Assembly: GCA_963712745.1 (NCBI GenBank)
Contig: CAVQJC010000020.1
Span: 448,001-512,000 of the forward strand
Origin: an uncultured Chloroflexia bacterium
GTDB taxonomy: Bacteria; Chloroflexota; Limnocylindria; Limnocylindrales; CSP1-4
Direction of reading: 5' to 3'
Length of the DNA: 64,000 nt
The number at the start of each line of letters is the position of its first letter. Positions within the stretch are counted from its first letter, which is position 1. The notes under the pieces are model-generated. The model saw only the letters and a program-made list of their open reading frames with translations. It searched no databases and was not told where the DNA came from. Shown here piece by piece: positions 42,723 to 52,522 of the stretch. The position numbers and the translations under genes are program-made.

Positions 42723-43988
42723 GTGCCGTCCACCGATCTCGCCCGTCGTGCTGTCATCACCGGTCTCGGTGCGGTCACGCCCATCGGCAATGACCATCCC
42801 ACCTTCTGGGCCAATGCCAAGGCGGGCAAGAGCGGGGGCGGACCGATCACGCACTTCGACGCCTCCGACCTGGACGTGCGCATCGCGGCAGAAGTGAAGG
42901 ACTTCGACCCGTCCACGGGCATGGACCGCAAGATGGCCCGCCGCATGAGCCGCTTCATCCACTTCGCCATGGCCGCCGGCAAGGAGGCCGTGGCCGACGC
43001 CGGACTCGATTTCACTGACTGGACGCCAGAGCAGCGAGACCGAGTGGCGGTCATCGTCAACACCGGCGGCGGCGGCCTCGAACAGGTCATCGACGGCCAA
43101 GACACCCTCAGCCAGCGTGGGGCGCGCTTCGTCAGCCCTTTCGCCATCCCGGCGCTGTCCGGCTCGATGGCCGCCTGCCTGTTGTCGATGGAGTACGGGC
43201 TCACCGGCCCGGTGCAGACCCAGGTGGCGGCCTGCGCCTCGAGCGTCATCACCTTCCTCGACGCTCTGCGCATGATCGAGCGCGGCGAGGTCGACGTCAT
43301 CGTGGCTGGCGGCACTGAGGCGCCGCTGCTGAAGATGGGCTTCGCGGCCCTGTCCAACATGGGTGCGCTGTCCAAGCGCAACGACGATCCCGAAGCGGCC
43401 TCGCGACCCTTCGACAAGGAGCGGGACGGATTCCTCTTCGGCGAGGGCGGCGCCATCTTCATCATCGAGACGGCCGAGCACGCCCTCGCCCGGGGCGCCA
43501 CCATCCAGGCCGAGCTGCTGGGTGCTGCCCTGACCGCGGATGCGTTCCACATCTCGGCGCCGGAGCCGACGGGGCGCGGGGCAGCGATGGCCATGAAGAA
43601 GGCCATCATGGACGCAGACATCAGCACCGACGAAGTCGACTTCGTGGTGGCCCACGGTACGTCGACGCCGCTCAACGACGTGACCGAGACCAGGGCCATC
43701 AAGGCGGCGCTCGGCGACCACGCCTACAGGGTTGCCATCTCGTCACCCAAGTCGATGGTCGGCCACCTCCTGGGTGGTGCGGGCGCGGTGGCCGCAGCGG
43801 TCGCCATCGGCGCCATCCGCGAGGGCATCATCGCACCCACCATCAACTACCACACACCCGACCCGGAGTGCGATCTCGACTACGTGCCCAATGTGGCCCG
43901 CGAGGCCAAGGTCGACACGGCCATCGTCAACGGCTTCGGCTTCGGGGGGCAGAACGCGGTCGCCGTCTTCCGTCGGTTCCAGGAGTAG
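42723..43988 (+). CDS. fabF: Beta-ketoacyl-ACP synthase II, copy 2
   Basis: AACASS, AHGTSTP.ND, VGHLLG, NGFGFGGQN. Confidence 0.92.
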   Translation: MPSTDLARRAVITGLGAVTPIGNDHPTFWANAKAGKSGGGPITHFDASDLDVRIAAEVKDFDPSTGMDRKMARRMSRFIHFAMAAGKEAVADAGLDFTDWTPEQRDRVAVIVNTGGGGLEQVIDGQDTLSQRGARFVSPFAIPALSGSMAACLLSMEYGLTGPVQTQVAACASSVITFLDALRMIERGEVDVIVAGGTEAPLLKMGFAALSNMGALSKRNDDPEAASRPFDKERDGFLFGEGGAIFIIETAEHALARGATIQAELLGAALTADAFHISAPEPTGRGAAMAMKKAIMDADISTDEVDFVVAHGTSTPLNDVTETRAIKAALGDHAYRVAISSPKSMVGHLLGGAGAVAAAVAIGAIREGIIAPTINYHTPDPECDLDYVPNVAREAKVDTAIVNGFGFGGQNAVAVFRRFQE

Positions 43989-44026
43989 GGCGAAGGATCG
44001 GAGGTCTGAGCCGGTCGCCGATGAGG

Positions 44027-44512
44027 CTACTCCCCGGCGGGGCGAGGCGGCAGCTCTCGGCCCTCGAAGGCGGTCAGGTCCTCCACGAGGCCGGCTGGTG
44101 TCCGCATGGGCCGACCCCGCACGAGGTCGTAGAACACCTGCACGCTGGACCCGTCGGCCACGACACGGGCCGCTCCGATCGGCGAGTCCCCCACCTCCAC
44201 CCGGTATTCGAGGCCGAATGCCGAACGACTCGCCCAGCCCACGCGCACGGCGCAGAAGAGCGGCTCGCCGTAGAAGGCCGGTTGGCGGTAGCTGATGTGA
44301 GCCTCGGCGATGACGAACGTGCGCTTGTCGGCGTCGGGCCCAGTGCCGAACGGGTGACCCACGACGGCGGTGTAGTAGCCACCTCGCGCCATCTCGAAGT
44401 ACGAGAAGTAGACCGCGTTGTTGACATGACCGAGCGCGTCGGTGTCGTTGTAGCGGATCTCGATGGGGTGGCGATAGCGGAAGTCGCCCTCGGGCGGTCG
44501 TGAACGGGTCAT
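44027..44512 (-). CDS. 4HBT/YbgC-type acyl-CoA thioesterase
   Basis: RYNDTDALGHVNNAVYFSYFE.AR. Confidence 0.9.
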   Translation of the reverse strand: MTRSRPPEGDFRYRHPIEIRYNDTDALGHVNNAVYFSYFEMARGGYYTAVVGHPFGTGPDADKRTFVIAEAHISYRQPAFYGEPLFCAVRVGWASRSAFGLEYRVEVGDSPIGAARVVADGSSVQVFYDLVRGRPMRTPAGLVEDLTAFEGRELPPRPAGE

Positions 44513-44585
44513 GCCCGGATGCTAGCGAGGCCAGGCGCTGCCTGCCGGTCGGCAGAGGTCGCGCAGGTGCCGTACCGTTGCCGCG

Positions 44586-45416
44586 ATGTCCAAGACGACC
44601 GCTGAGCCGAGCCTTCCCGCGCCCCCTGCCACCGGGCCGGTGCACCCCATGGAGCCGCCCGAGCGGGGACCCGAGCAGACCTCCTCGACCTCCATCGAGC
44701 GCGGCCGGCCGAGCTATTCCTGGCGCTACGGCCAGGACCGTCGCCTGGAGATGGTGCGCGAATTCGTCGATCTCACGGACGCCCGCATCCTCGACGTGGG
44801 CTGCGGCATCGGCACCTACGTCCGCCGCTTCCGGCAGTACTCCGACGATGTCCACGGCATCGAGGTCGAGGAGGAGCGCGTGGCTGAGGCCAGCGCGGAG
44901 CTGCCCAACATCGTGCACGCCTTCGGAGAGGACCTGCCCTACCCTGACGACCACTTCGACCTCGTCTTCTCGAACGAGGTCATCGAGCACGTCGAGGATG
45001 ACCGACGCACGGCTGCCGAGATGGTGAGGGTGACCAAGCCTGGCGGCGTCATCGTGGCCTTCGCGCCCAATCGTCTGTATCCCTTCGAAACGCATGGCGC
45101 CTACTTCGGCGATCGCTACGTCTTCGGCAACATCCCGCTCGTCAACTGGCTGCCTGACCCGCTGCGCGACCGCTTCGCCCCGCACGTCCGCGCCTACACC
45201 ATGCGCAGCATCGAGCGCCTCTTCGCAGGCCAGCCGGTGCGGCTGGTGCACCACCGCGTGGTCTATCCCGGGTTCGACAACATCAGCGCCCGCCACGCCC
45301 AGCTCGGCGGCGGACTGCGACGGGCGCTCTACCTCGCCGAACACACGCCCCTGCATCGCTTCGGGCTATCGCACCTCCTGGTGCTGCGCAAGAAGACCAG
45401 GCTGGCTGGGGACTGA
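44586..45416 (+). CDS. Class I SAM-dependent methyltransferase
   Basis: ILDVGCGIG, LPYPDDHFDLV, VIEHV, RVTKPGG. Confidence 0.9.
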   Translation: MSKTTAEPSLPAPPATGPVHPMEPPERGPEQTSSTSIERGRPSYSWRYGQDRRLEMVREFVDLTDARILDVGCGIGTYVRRFRQYSDDVHGIEVEEERVAEASAELPNIVHAFGEDLPYPDDHFDLVFSNEVIEHVEDDRRTAAEMVRVTKPGGVIVAFAPNRLYPFETHGAYFGDRYVFGNIPLVNWLPDPLRDRFAPHVRAYTMRSIERLFAGQPVRLVHHRVVYPGFDNISARHAQLGGGLRRALYLAEHTPLHRFGLSHLLVLRKKTRLAGD

Positions 45417-45470
45417 GGCCGGCCGGGTCAGGGCGTGGGCCGGACAGGCCGCCGTCGGGCCGGCACCGGA

Positions 45471-47150
45471 TCAGAGGTCGGCCGGGGTCTGCGTCGCGAC
45501 CGGGTCGATGACGTGCGCCTCGATGACGACCGGCGCCGACCAGTTGCCCGCGAGGTCACGCCACTGCACGTGGATCGATCGCGGCCCTTCAGCGGATGAG
45601 CCGCCGGTGCTCTCGTCGCCCAGTGGGAAGTCGACACGGTCCACCGCGGGGTAGGTGCGGCCGGTCACGAGCATGCCGTCTTCATCGAGAGCACCGTCGA
45701 GACCGATGCGCGTGAACAGCAGGCCCGTGCCCTCGGGATCATCGGCCGCGAACAGGCGGAGCTGGGCCGAGCCGGATACTACCGAACGCCCGTCGATGTC
45801 CCCCTGGACCGTGTCGGGATCGAGCGCTGGCGAGCCATTCGGCGGCGCTTCGTCGAGGCGCGGGCGGAGCTGGTTCTGCAGCGCCCAGCCCATCTCCTCG
45901 CGATCCCCGTCCATGCCCAGGGCCCAGACGCCGACACCGGCCAGGCCCGAATCGAGGGCCAGCTCCATCTTGGCCGTGAAGGTATCCGGATCCTCGTACC
46001 AGACCTGTCGCCAGGTCGGCGGGCATGACGAACACTGGCTGGTCGCGTAGACAGTCCAGGCCGCTGCCTGTGCCGGGTCGTACTGGCGGCCAGACGCGGC
46101 GGCGGCGGCCAGGGCCGCGGGGTAGTCCACGCTGGCCGGCCCGTCGATGCCCTTGCCGCCGCGGACCTCCGAGCCCGGGGCATCGGACTTGGTCGACCAG
46201 GCCAGGCCGTACCACGGCAGTGCCAGCAGCAGGTCCTCGCCGGCAGCCTGTTCGAGCGCCCCTGCGACGGTGCGGCTGAGATCGAGCGGCGCGTCTTCCA
46301 GCGGAGCGGCAGAGCCGGTCGACGCTGAGGCGGTGGTGTGATAGCCGTAGCCCATGATGACCGCGAGGTCGGCCGCGCCCTCCGCGGTCAGGCCAGCGAG
46401 GTCGTAGTTCTCCAGGCTGGGTACGACATCCACGCTCAGGTGCAGGTCCGGATCGACCTTGTCGAGCGCCGCCCGAACCTCGCGTACGAAGGTCACGTAC
46501 TGCTCGGCGACCTGCTTGGGCAGCGGTTCGAAGTCGAGGTTCACACCGTCCAGGCCGCGTCCCTCGACGAAGGCCGCGATGCGGTCGGCCAGCGCTCGGC
46601 GGTTCTTGCGGTTGGTCAGGAGCGTGATCATCCGTTCACGGGTGCCGTCGGTCCAGGCGGTGCGCTGGACGACCGGTACGACCTTCACGCCCGCGGCCTG
46701 CAAGCGGGTCCTGAGCTCGTCGAAGACCGGACTGCGTATCAGGCGCCAGCCCGGCGGTACCTCGCCGCCGGGCTTCTTCGCCACGAGCCTGCCGTCCTGC
46801 GAGGCCTCGATGCTGTGGAACGCGGCGATGGTCAGCGACCCGGTGTCGATCGAGTCGGCCGCGCTCTCGAGCAGCCAGTGTGGGATGAACCCCAGGACCT
46901 CCGCCTCGACCGGCTGGGGCGTGGGCGGGGGTGTGGGGGTCGGGGTCGGCGAGGCCAGCGGCGGCTCGGTAGGCGAGGCGTCAGCACCGGGCGACGATGC
47001 CGCGCTCGGCGGGGCCGGGGTCTCGAGCAGATCGCTCTCGACGGTGATGCAGGCGCTCGCCACGAGCGGCAGCATCAGCAGCAGGAGCCAGGCCACGGCG
47101 AGATGACGGCTCGGCTTCGTCCGTCGGCGGTCGATCAGCACAGCGAGCAC
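45471..47150 (-). CDS. GH18-family glycoside hydrolase lipoprotein
   Basis: Lipobox ASAC, Pro/Thr linker, DGVNLDFE, IMGYGY, LALPWYG, VWYED, GVGVWALG. Confidence 0.8.
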   Translation of the reverse strand: MLAVLIDRRRTKPSRHLAVAWLLLLMLPLVASACITVESDLLETPAPPSAASSPGADASPTEPPLASPTPTPTPPPTPQPVEAEVLGFIPHWLLESAADSIDTGSLTIAAFHSIEASQDGRLVAKKPGGEVPPGWRLIRSPVFDELRTRLQAAGVKVVPVVQRTAWTDGTRERMITLLTNRKNRRALADRIAAFVEGRGLDGVNLDFEPLPKQVAEQYVTFVREVRAALDKVDPDLHLSVDVVPSLENYDLAGLTAEGAADLAVIMGYGYHTTASASTGSAAPLEDAPLDLSRTVAGALEQAAGEDLLLALPWYGLAWSTKSDAPGSEVRGGKGIDGPASVDYPAALAAAAASGRQYDPAQAAAWTVYATSQCSSCPPTWRQVWYEDPDTFTAKMELALDSGLAGVGVWALGMDGDREEMGWALQNQLRPRLDEAPPNGSPALDPDTVQGDIDGRSVVSGSAQLRLFAADDPEGTGLLFTRIGLDGALDEDGMLVTGRTYPAVDRVDFPLGDESTGGSSAEGPRSIHVQWRDLAGNWSAPVVIEAHVIDPVATQTPADL

Positions 47151-47151
47151 C

Positions 47152-49431
47152 CTACCAAGGATCGGCGCGGCCGGGTTGCACCGTGGTACGCCGGAGCCGA
47201 AGGGAGTTGAGGACGACGCTCACGGAGCTGAAGGCCATGGCCGCGGCGGCGAGGATGGGGTCCAGCCGCAGGCCGAAGAACGGATAGAGCAGACCCATGG
47301 CCACGGGGATGAGCACCACGTTGTAGCCGAAGGCCCAGACGAGGTTCTGGCGGATGACCCGCAGCGTGGCGCGTGAGACACGGATGGCCGAGCCGACCAG
47401 GCGTGGATCGCCACCCACGAGGGTGATATCGCTGGCTTCGATGGCCACGTCCGTGCCGGTGCCGATGGCGATGCCGACATCCGCCTGCGCCAGAGCGGGT
47501 GCGTCGTTGATGCCATCGCCGACCATGGCCACCGTGCGGCCGGCAGCCTGCAGCGCAGCCACGCGGGCGGCCTTGTCGGCAGGCAGCACCTCTGCGCTGA
47601 CCTGATCGATCCCGACCGCTTCGGCCACGGCGGCTACCGCAGCAGCGCTGTCTCCGCTCAGAAGGTGGACCTCGATACCGGCCTCGCGCAGCTCGCGGAC
47701 CGCCGGCGCGGCGGAAGGCTTGATGGCGTCGGCCAGATCGATGGCCCCGGCCAGCTCGGGGCCATCCGCCACATAGACCGTGGTGTGGGGCGTGTCGGCT
47801 GCAGCCCGCAGCCCGTCGAGGGCAGCCGCGGTGAACCCCTCCTCCAGCAGAAAAGCCCGGCTACCGACGAGCAGGGAACGGCCGTCGATGCGGGCGCGTA
47901 CCCCCCGGCCCGGAACGGCGCCGAAGTCGGCGACGGGCGTGACGGCCACTCCCCGGCGGTCGGCCTCGGCCACGATGGCGGCAGACAGCGGGTGCTCGGA
48001 GGGCCGTTCGGCAGAGGCCGCCAGGCCCAGGACCTGGGCCGCCTCGAGGCCGCTGCGCGCCCGCACGGCACTGACCTGCGGCCGGCCCTCGGTGAGCGTA
48101 CCGGTCTTGTCGAAGACGACCGTGTCGATGCCGCCGGCGAGCTCGAGCGCTGCCCCGCCGCGGATGAGCACGCCGGCTTCCGCGGCACGCCCGGTGCCGA
48201 CCATCACCGCCGTGGGCGTGGCCAGGCCCATGGCGCAGGGGCAGGCGATGATGAGCACGCTGATGGCCGACACCAGCGCGAGCGTCAGCGCCGGCTCCGG
48301 GCCCAGGAGCCACCAGGAGATGAACGTGAGCGCGGCCAGCACGATGACGAGCGGCACGAACCACTCGGTCACGCGGTCCGCCACGCGCTGGATCGGTGCC
48401 TTCGAGCCCTGGGCCTCACGCACCATGCGCACGATCTGGCCGAGCACCGCATCGCGGCCGACGTGGGTCGCCCGCAGCACGATGGTGCCGTCGCTGTTGA
48501 GGGTGGCCCCGATCACCGGGTCGCCCTCTTCACGCAGCACGGGCAACGGCTCACCGGTGAGCATCGATTCATCGACGCTGGAACTGCCGGCCACCACGAT
48601 GCCGTCGACCGGCACCTTCTCACCGGGTCGGACGCGCACGAGATCGCCAGGGTGGATGTCCTCGATGGGCACGTCGGTCTCGGACTCCCCGTCCACGCGG
48701 CGGGCCGTGCGGGCGCCCAGGCCGACCAGGGCGCCGACTGCGCTACTGGCCTGGGCCTTCGCTCGCGCCTCCATCCAGCGACCCACCAGGATGAGGCCGA
48801 TGATCATGGCCGAGGAGTCGAAGTAGGTGACCGGCTCGATGCCGGCCTCGATGACGAGGGCCGGAGCGAGGGTGACCACGACGCTGTAGCCCCAGGCCGC
48901 GAGTGTGCCCAGGGCCACCAGCGTGTCCATCGAGACCGTTCGGTGTCGCGCCTGCCGCCGGGCGTTTCGCAGGAAGACCCCGCCGGCCCAGAACTGCACG
49001 AATGTGGCCGGGATGAGAAGCAGCCAGTTGAGTTCGGCCATGGTCATGCCCAGGGCATCGGGCCACAGCATCAGGGCCATGATGCCGAGGGCCACAGCCA
49101 GCGAGACCAGCGCGCGCACGCCCAGGTCGCGCATCTCACGGGCACGTGCCCCGGCGTCGGGATCGGCCTCGTCCAGGGTCAGCTCGGCACTCTCACCTGC
49201 GCCGCGCTCGGGGCGCACGTCATAGCCGGCCGCCTCGATAGCAGCGACCACCTCCGCCCGGCCAGCCAGGGCAGGGTCAACGGCCACGGTGGCGCGCTCG
49301 GTGGCCAGGTTGACGTTGGCCTCGCGTATGCCGTCGGCGTCGCGGAGGAAGCGCTCGATGCGGTTGACGCATGAGGCGCAGGTCATGCCCTCGACTCCGA
49401 CCGAGAACTCGATGGGCTCGGGTGCCGTCAT
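47152..49431 (-). CDS. copA: P1B-type copper-translocating ATPase
   Basis: GMTCASC HMA domain, [30 protein letters not shown]. Confidence 0.93.
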   Translation of the reverse strand: MTAPEPIEFSVGVEGMTCASCVNRIERFLRDADGIREANVNLATERATVAVDPALAGRAEVVAAIEAAGYDVRPERGAGESAELTLDEADPDAGARAREMRDLGVRALVSLAVALGIMALMLWPDALGMTMAELNWLLLIPATFVQFWAGGVFLRNARRQARHRTVSMDTLVALGTLAAWGYSVVVTLAPALVIEAGIEPVTYFDSSAMIIGLILVGRWMEARAKAQASSAVGALVGLGARTARRVDGESETDVPIEDIHPGDLVRVRPGEKVPVDGIVVAGSSSVDESMLTGEPLPVLREEGDPVIGATLNSDGTIVLRATHVGRDAVLGQIVRMVREAQGSKAPIQRVADRVTEWFVPLVIVLAALTFISWWLLGPEPALTLALVSAISVLIIACPCAMGLATPTAVMVGTGRAAEAGVLIRGGAALELAGGIDTVVFDKTGTLTEGRPQVSAVRARSGLEAAQVLGLAASAERPSEHPLSAAIVAEADRRGVAVTPVADFGAVPGRGVRARIDGRSLLVGSRAFLLEEGFTAAALDGLRAAADTPHTTVYVADGPELAGAIDLADAIKPSAAPAVRELREAGIEVHLLSGDSAAAVAAVAEAVGIDQVSAEVLPADKAARVAALQAAGRTVAMVGDGINDAPALAQADVGIAIGTGTDVAIEASDITLVGGDPRLVGSAIRVSRATLRVIRQNLVWAFGYNVVLIPVAMGLLYPFFGLRLDPILAAAAMAFSSVSVVLNSLRLRRTTVQPGRADPW

Positions 49432-49448
49432 GGGAAACGGCGCTGGGC

Positions 49449-49769
49449 CTAGCGGCCGACCGGTCTGATGGCGTAGACGCCGATGACCATGTCCACGCAG
49501 GGGTCATGGCACAGCTCGAGACCGACCTCGCCCTTGTCCACGAGTTCGGCCAGGAAGCCGCACTCGCGCTGCGGCAGACCCGCCCAGTAGCGTCCTTCGC
49601 GCGTGTCCACGGCGAGCACATCATCAGCCTCGCCGTTGATGGCGAAGCGCCGCCGCAGTTCGTGCATGGGGACGTAGGCCCGTGACTTGATGAAGCGCCG
49701 CAATTGCGCCTGCGTGCAGCCCTGACTGGGGGTCGAACCGTCGTAGCGGCTGCCGTTGTTGTCAGCCAT
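49449..49769 (-). CDS. Hypothetical protein with Cys/His motifs upstream of copA
   Basis: 106-aa ORF with plausible RBS and GC3-biased codons; family not recognised. Confidence 0.6.
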   Translation of the reverse strand: MADNNGSRYDGSTPSQGCTQAQLRRFIKSRAYVPMHELRRRFAINGEADDVLAVDTREGRYWAGLPQRECGFLAELVDKGEVGLELCHDPCVDMVIGVYAIRPVGR

Positions 49770-49948
49770 GTATCCGTCTTTCTCGCGAGCGCCGCCTTGC
49801 CGGCCTCACGGTCGGCGCCAGCGGCGCCGGTCACTCGTCATCGTCCTGAAGGGCTCGTCAAATCGTGCGACGTCCCGGTCGGCGGATGATACACCCGGTC
49901 CCGGGGCGAGCCCCTTGTGCCACCATGGCGGGCGGTGCGTCTGTGCCG

Positions 49949-51094
49949 TCAGCGCCCGGACACGACGAGCAGCTCGCGCGGCAGCCGGTTGAGCGTCTCA
50001 GCCCCGCGTGGTGTGCACAACACGGCGTCCTCGATGCGCACGCCGAAGCGACCCTCGAGGTAGATGCCGGGCTCACAGCTGAACGTGTTCCCCACCACCA
50101 CAGCCTCGGTATTGCCGGCCACCAGGTACGGCTCCTCGTGCACCTCCAGGCCCAGCCCGTGCCCGAGCCGGTGGATGAAGTGGTCGCCGTAGCCGCCGGC
50201 GACGATGAGGTCGCGAGCGACGGCGTCGAGAGCCTCGAAGGTGATGCCGGGGCGAACGGCGGCGCGTGCCGCCGCCTGGGCGTCCGCGGTGAGCTGGTAG
50301 ATGGTCGCGAAGGCCTCCTCGGGAGCGGAGCCATCGTCGGCCGCGACCCAGACGGTGCGCGTGATATCCGAGTGGTAGCCTGCGCGGCGTCCACCGACAT
50401 CGAGCAGCAGGGGCTCGCCGGCGCCGATGACCCGTTGACCGGGCTCGTGATGAGGGGAGGCGCTGTTGGGCCCAGAAGCCACGATCGCGAACTCGGCCGT
50501 ATCGTGACCTTCCGCCACGAGCGCGTCACGCACGTCGCGGGCGACCTCGGCCTCGGTACGCCCCACCAGTGGTCCCGCGATGACACGTTCGACGGCGCGG
50601 TCGGCAGCCGCCGCGGCGGCACGCAGGAGTGCCACCTCGTCGGCGTCCTTGACCCTCCTCAACGGCGCCAACACCGACGAGGCCAGGCCCCAGGATGCCC
50701 CGGGCAGGGCGTCCTGCAGCGCGAGCACGAAGGCCGCTCGCAGGCCATCGGAGACCAGGAACCGGCGCTCGCCGCCAGTCGGCACCAGCGGTGGCAGGAG
50801 CGCGAACGGATCGTCCGTCTCATCCCAGACCCGCAGGTCGACGCCGTCCCGCCCGAGCCCGGGGCTGGCCAGTGCGGCCGGCGCCTCCAGTCGGGGGCTG
50901 AGGTACGAGATCGGACCGCGCGCAGGGAGGACCAGCAGGTTCAGACGTTCGCCGCCGTGGGCGGCGTAGCCGGTGAGCCATTCCAGCTCGGGCCCGACGC
51001 CCACGAGCAGGGCCGTGGCCGATGACGAAGCCAGCGACTCCTGTGACGTCTTCAGGCGGGCGGGATAGCGCTCGGCGCTGATGGCCCCGCTCAC
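49949..51094 (-). CDS. M24 family Xaa-Pro peptidase
   Basis: LRRVKD..E, ASGPNSASPHH, SDITRT, HRLGHGLGLEVHEEP, EPGIY, GVRIED. Confidence 0.92.
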   Translation of the reverse strand: MSGAISAERYPARLKTSQESLASSSATALLVGVGPELEWLTGYAAHGGERLNLLVLPARGPISYLSPRLEAPAALASPGLGRDGVDLRVWDETDDPFALLPPLVPTGGERRFLVSDGLRAAFVLALQDALPGASWGLASSVLAPLRRVKDADEVALLRAAAAAADRAVERVIAGPLVGRTEAEVARDVRDALVAEGHDTAEFAIVASGPNSASPHHEPGQRVIGAGEPLLLDVGGRRAGYHSDITRTVWVAADDGSAPEEAFATIYQLTADAQAAARAAVRPGITFEALDAVARDLIVAGGYGDHFIHRLGHGLGLEVHEEPYLVAGNTEAVVVGNTFSCEPGIYLEGRFGVRIEDAVLCTPRGAETLNRLPRELLVVSGR

Positions 51095-51095
51095 G

Positions 51096-51473
51096 TCAGC
51101 GCTCGACGGCGTTGGCGGCCAGCCAGCCCTCTACCAGACGGGTGCCGTCCTCGAAGAACTTGCGGTACGAGAAGACGCGCGTGGCGCCGGCCTTGAGCGC
51201 GCGCTTGCGCGTCAGCTGGTCGTCGTGCTCGGCCAACGCGATGACCGGCAGGCGCGCCGCAGCCACGCGTTCGATGGCGACCACGCCGTCGAGTCGACGG
51301 GCAGCCAGGTCGACGATGGCCCCAGTGATGGTGCGCTCATCGCCGAGCTGGTAGGCCTCCAGGGCTACGTCCAGCTCCGCGTCCGAGGCCAGCGAGACGG
51401 CAGAGCCGCCCGCGCGACGGACGGCCTCGTTGATGCGCGTGGACCACATCAGGTCGTCGGCGATGACGACCAC
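51096..51473 (-). CDS. Stand-alone receiver-like (CheY-fold) domain protein
   Basis: VVIADDL, AIVDL, LPVIAL, ALKAGA pattern. Confidence 0.6.
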   Translation of the reverse strand: MVVIADDLMWSTRINEAVRRAGGSAVSLASDAELDVALEAYQLGDERTITGAIVDLAARRLDGVVAIERVAAARLPVIALAEHDDQLTRKRALKAGATRVFSYRKFFEDGTRLVEGWLAANAVER

Positions 51474-51481
51474 GGCAGCGG

Positions 51482-52522
51482 TCAGGAGGCCTCCCAGGTG
51501 TCGGAGGTGAAGAGCAGGTCGCGCAGCACACCCTCGCCCTTGTCGGCACGGACGAGCTCGATCTGTCCGGCCACGAGCTGGTGATGGGTGGGCCGCTTGA
51601 CGCGGCGGAAGATGCCGATGGGCACCGGGTAGTCGGGCCAGAACATGCGGCTGAGGATGAACGCGAGCGTGTCGTCGGTCTCGTCGTGGACGAGCAGGTC
51701 CGACTCGGTGATGCCATCGCCCAGCTGCACGACCTCCGGCCGGGTTCCGTCGAGCCGGATGCCGCGGTCACGGTCCTTGCCGAAGATCATCGGCTCGCCG
51801 TGGCGGAGCCTGAGCGTACGGTCCTCGCGCACATCGCGGTCGGTGAAGTCGCGCCAGGCGCCGTCGTTGAAGATGTTGCAGTTCTGGAGGACCTCGAGGA
51901 ATGCGCTGCCCTTGTGCCGGCCGGTCGCCTCGAGCATCTCGCCGATGTGCTCGCCGTAGGTGTCGATGGTGCGAGCCACGAAGGTAGCCTCGGCCGCCAG
52001 CGCCAGGGTCGGCGGCACGACTGGCTGGTCGATGGTGCCCTCGGGCGTGGACTTGGTGCGCTTTCCGAACTCGCTGGTGGGGCTGGCCTGGCCCTTGGTC
52101 AGGCCGTAGATGCGGTTGTTGTACATCACGACCTTGACGTCCGTGTTGCGCCGCATCGTATGCACGATGTGGTTGCCCCCGATGGAGAGCGCATCGCCGT
52201 CACCGGTGATGACCCACACCATCAGGTCCGGTCGGGCGATCTTGAGCCCGGTGGCCAGGGTCGGGGCCCGGCCGTGGATGGAGTGGAAGCCGTAGGTGTT
52301 CATGTAGTAGGGCGTGCGGCCGGAACAGCCGATGCCGCTGATGAAGACGATGTTCTCGCGCGGGTAGCCGAACTCGGGCATGACGCGCTGGGTCTGGGCC
52401 AGGATGGAGTAGTCGCCGCAGCCGGGGCACCAGCGCACCTCCTGGTCGGAGGCGAAGTCCTTCTTGGTGAGCTTGAGCGGCGCGGTGGTGGTGGCAGGGC
52501 CGGTGGGGTCGGTCATGGTCAT
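51482..52522 (-). CDS. korB: 2-oxoacid:ferredoxin oxidoreductase beta subunit
   Basis: WCPGCGD, SGIGCS, HGR, GDGD..SIGGNH, YGLTKGQASPT. Confidence 0.92.
   Translation of the reverse strand: MTMTDPTGPATTTAPLKLTKKDFASDQEVRWCPGCGDYSILAQTQRVMPEFGYPRENIVFISGIGCSGRTPYYMNTYGFHSIHGRAPTLATGLKIARPDLMVWVITGDGDALSIGGNHIVHTMRRNTDVKVVMYNNRIYGLTKGQASPTSEFGKRTKSTPEGTIDQPVVPPTLALAAEATFVARTIDTYGEHIGEMLEATGRHKGSAFLEVLQNCNIFNDGAWRDFTDRDVREDRTLRLRHGEPMIFGKDRDRGIRLDGTRPEVVQLGDGITESDLLVHDETDDTLAFILSRMFWPDYPVPIGIFRRVKRPTHHQLVAGQIELVRADKGEGVLRDLLFTSDTWEAS

Noticed and set aside
40201-43988. Type II PKS KS/chain-length-factor pair
   Set aside because: Both copies retain the catalytic Cys and look like FabF; no ACP or cyclases are nearby.
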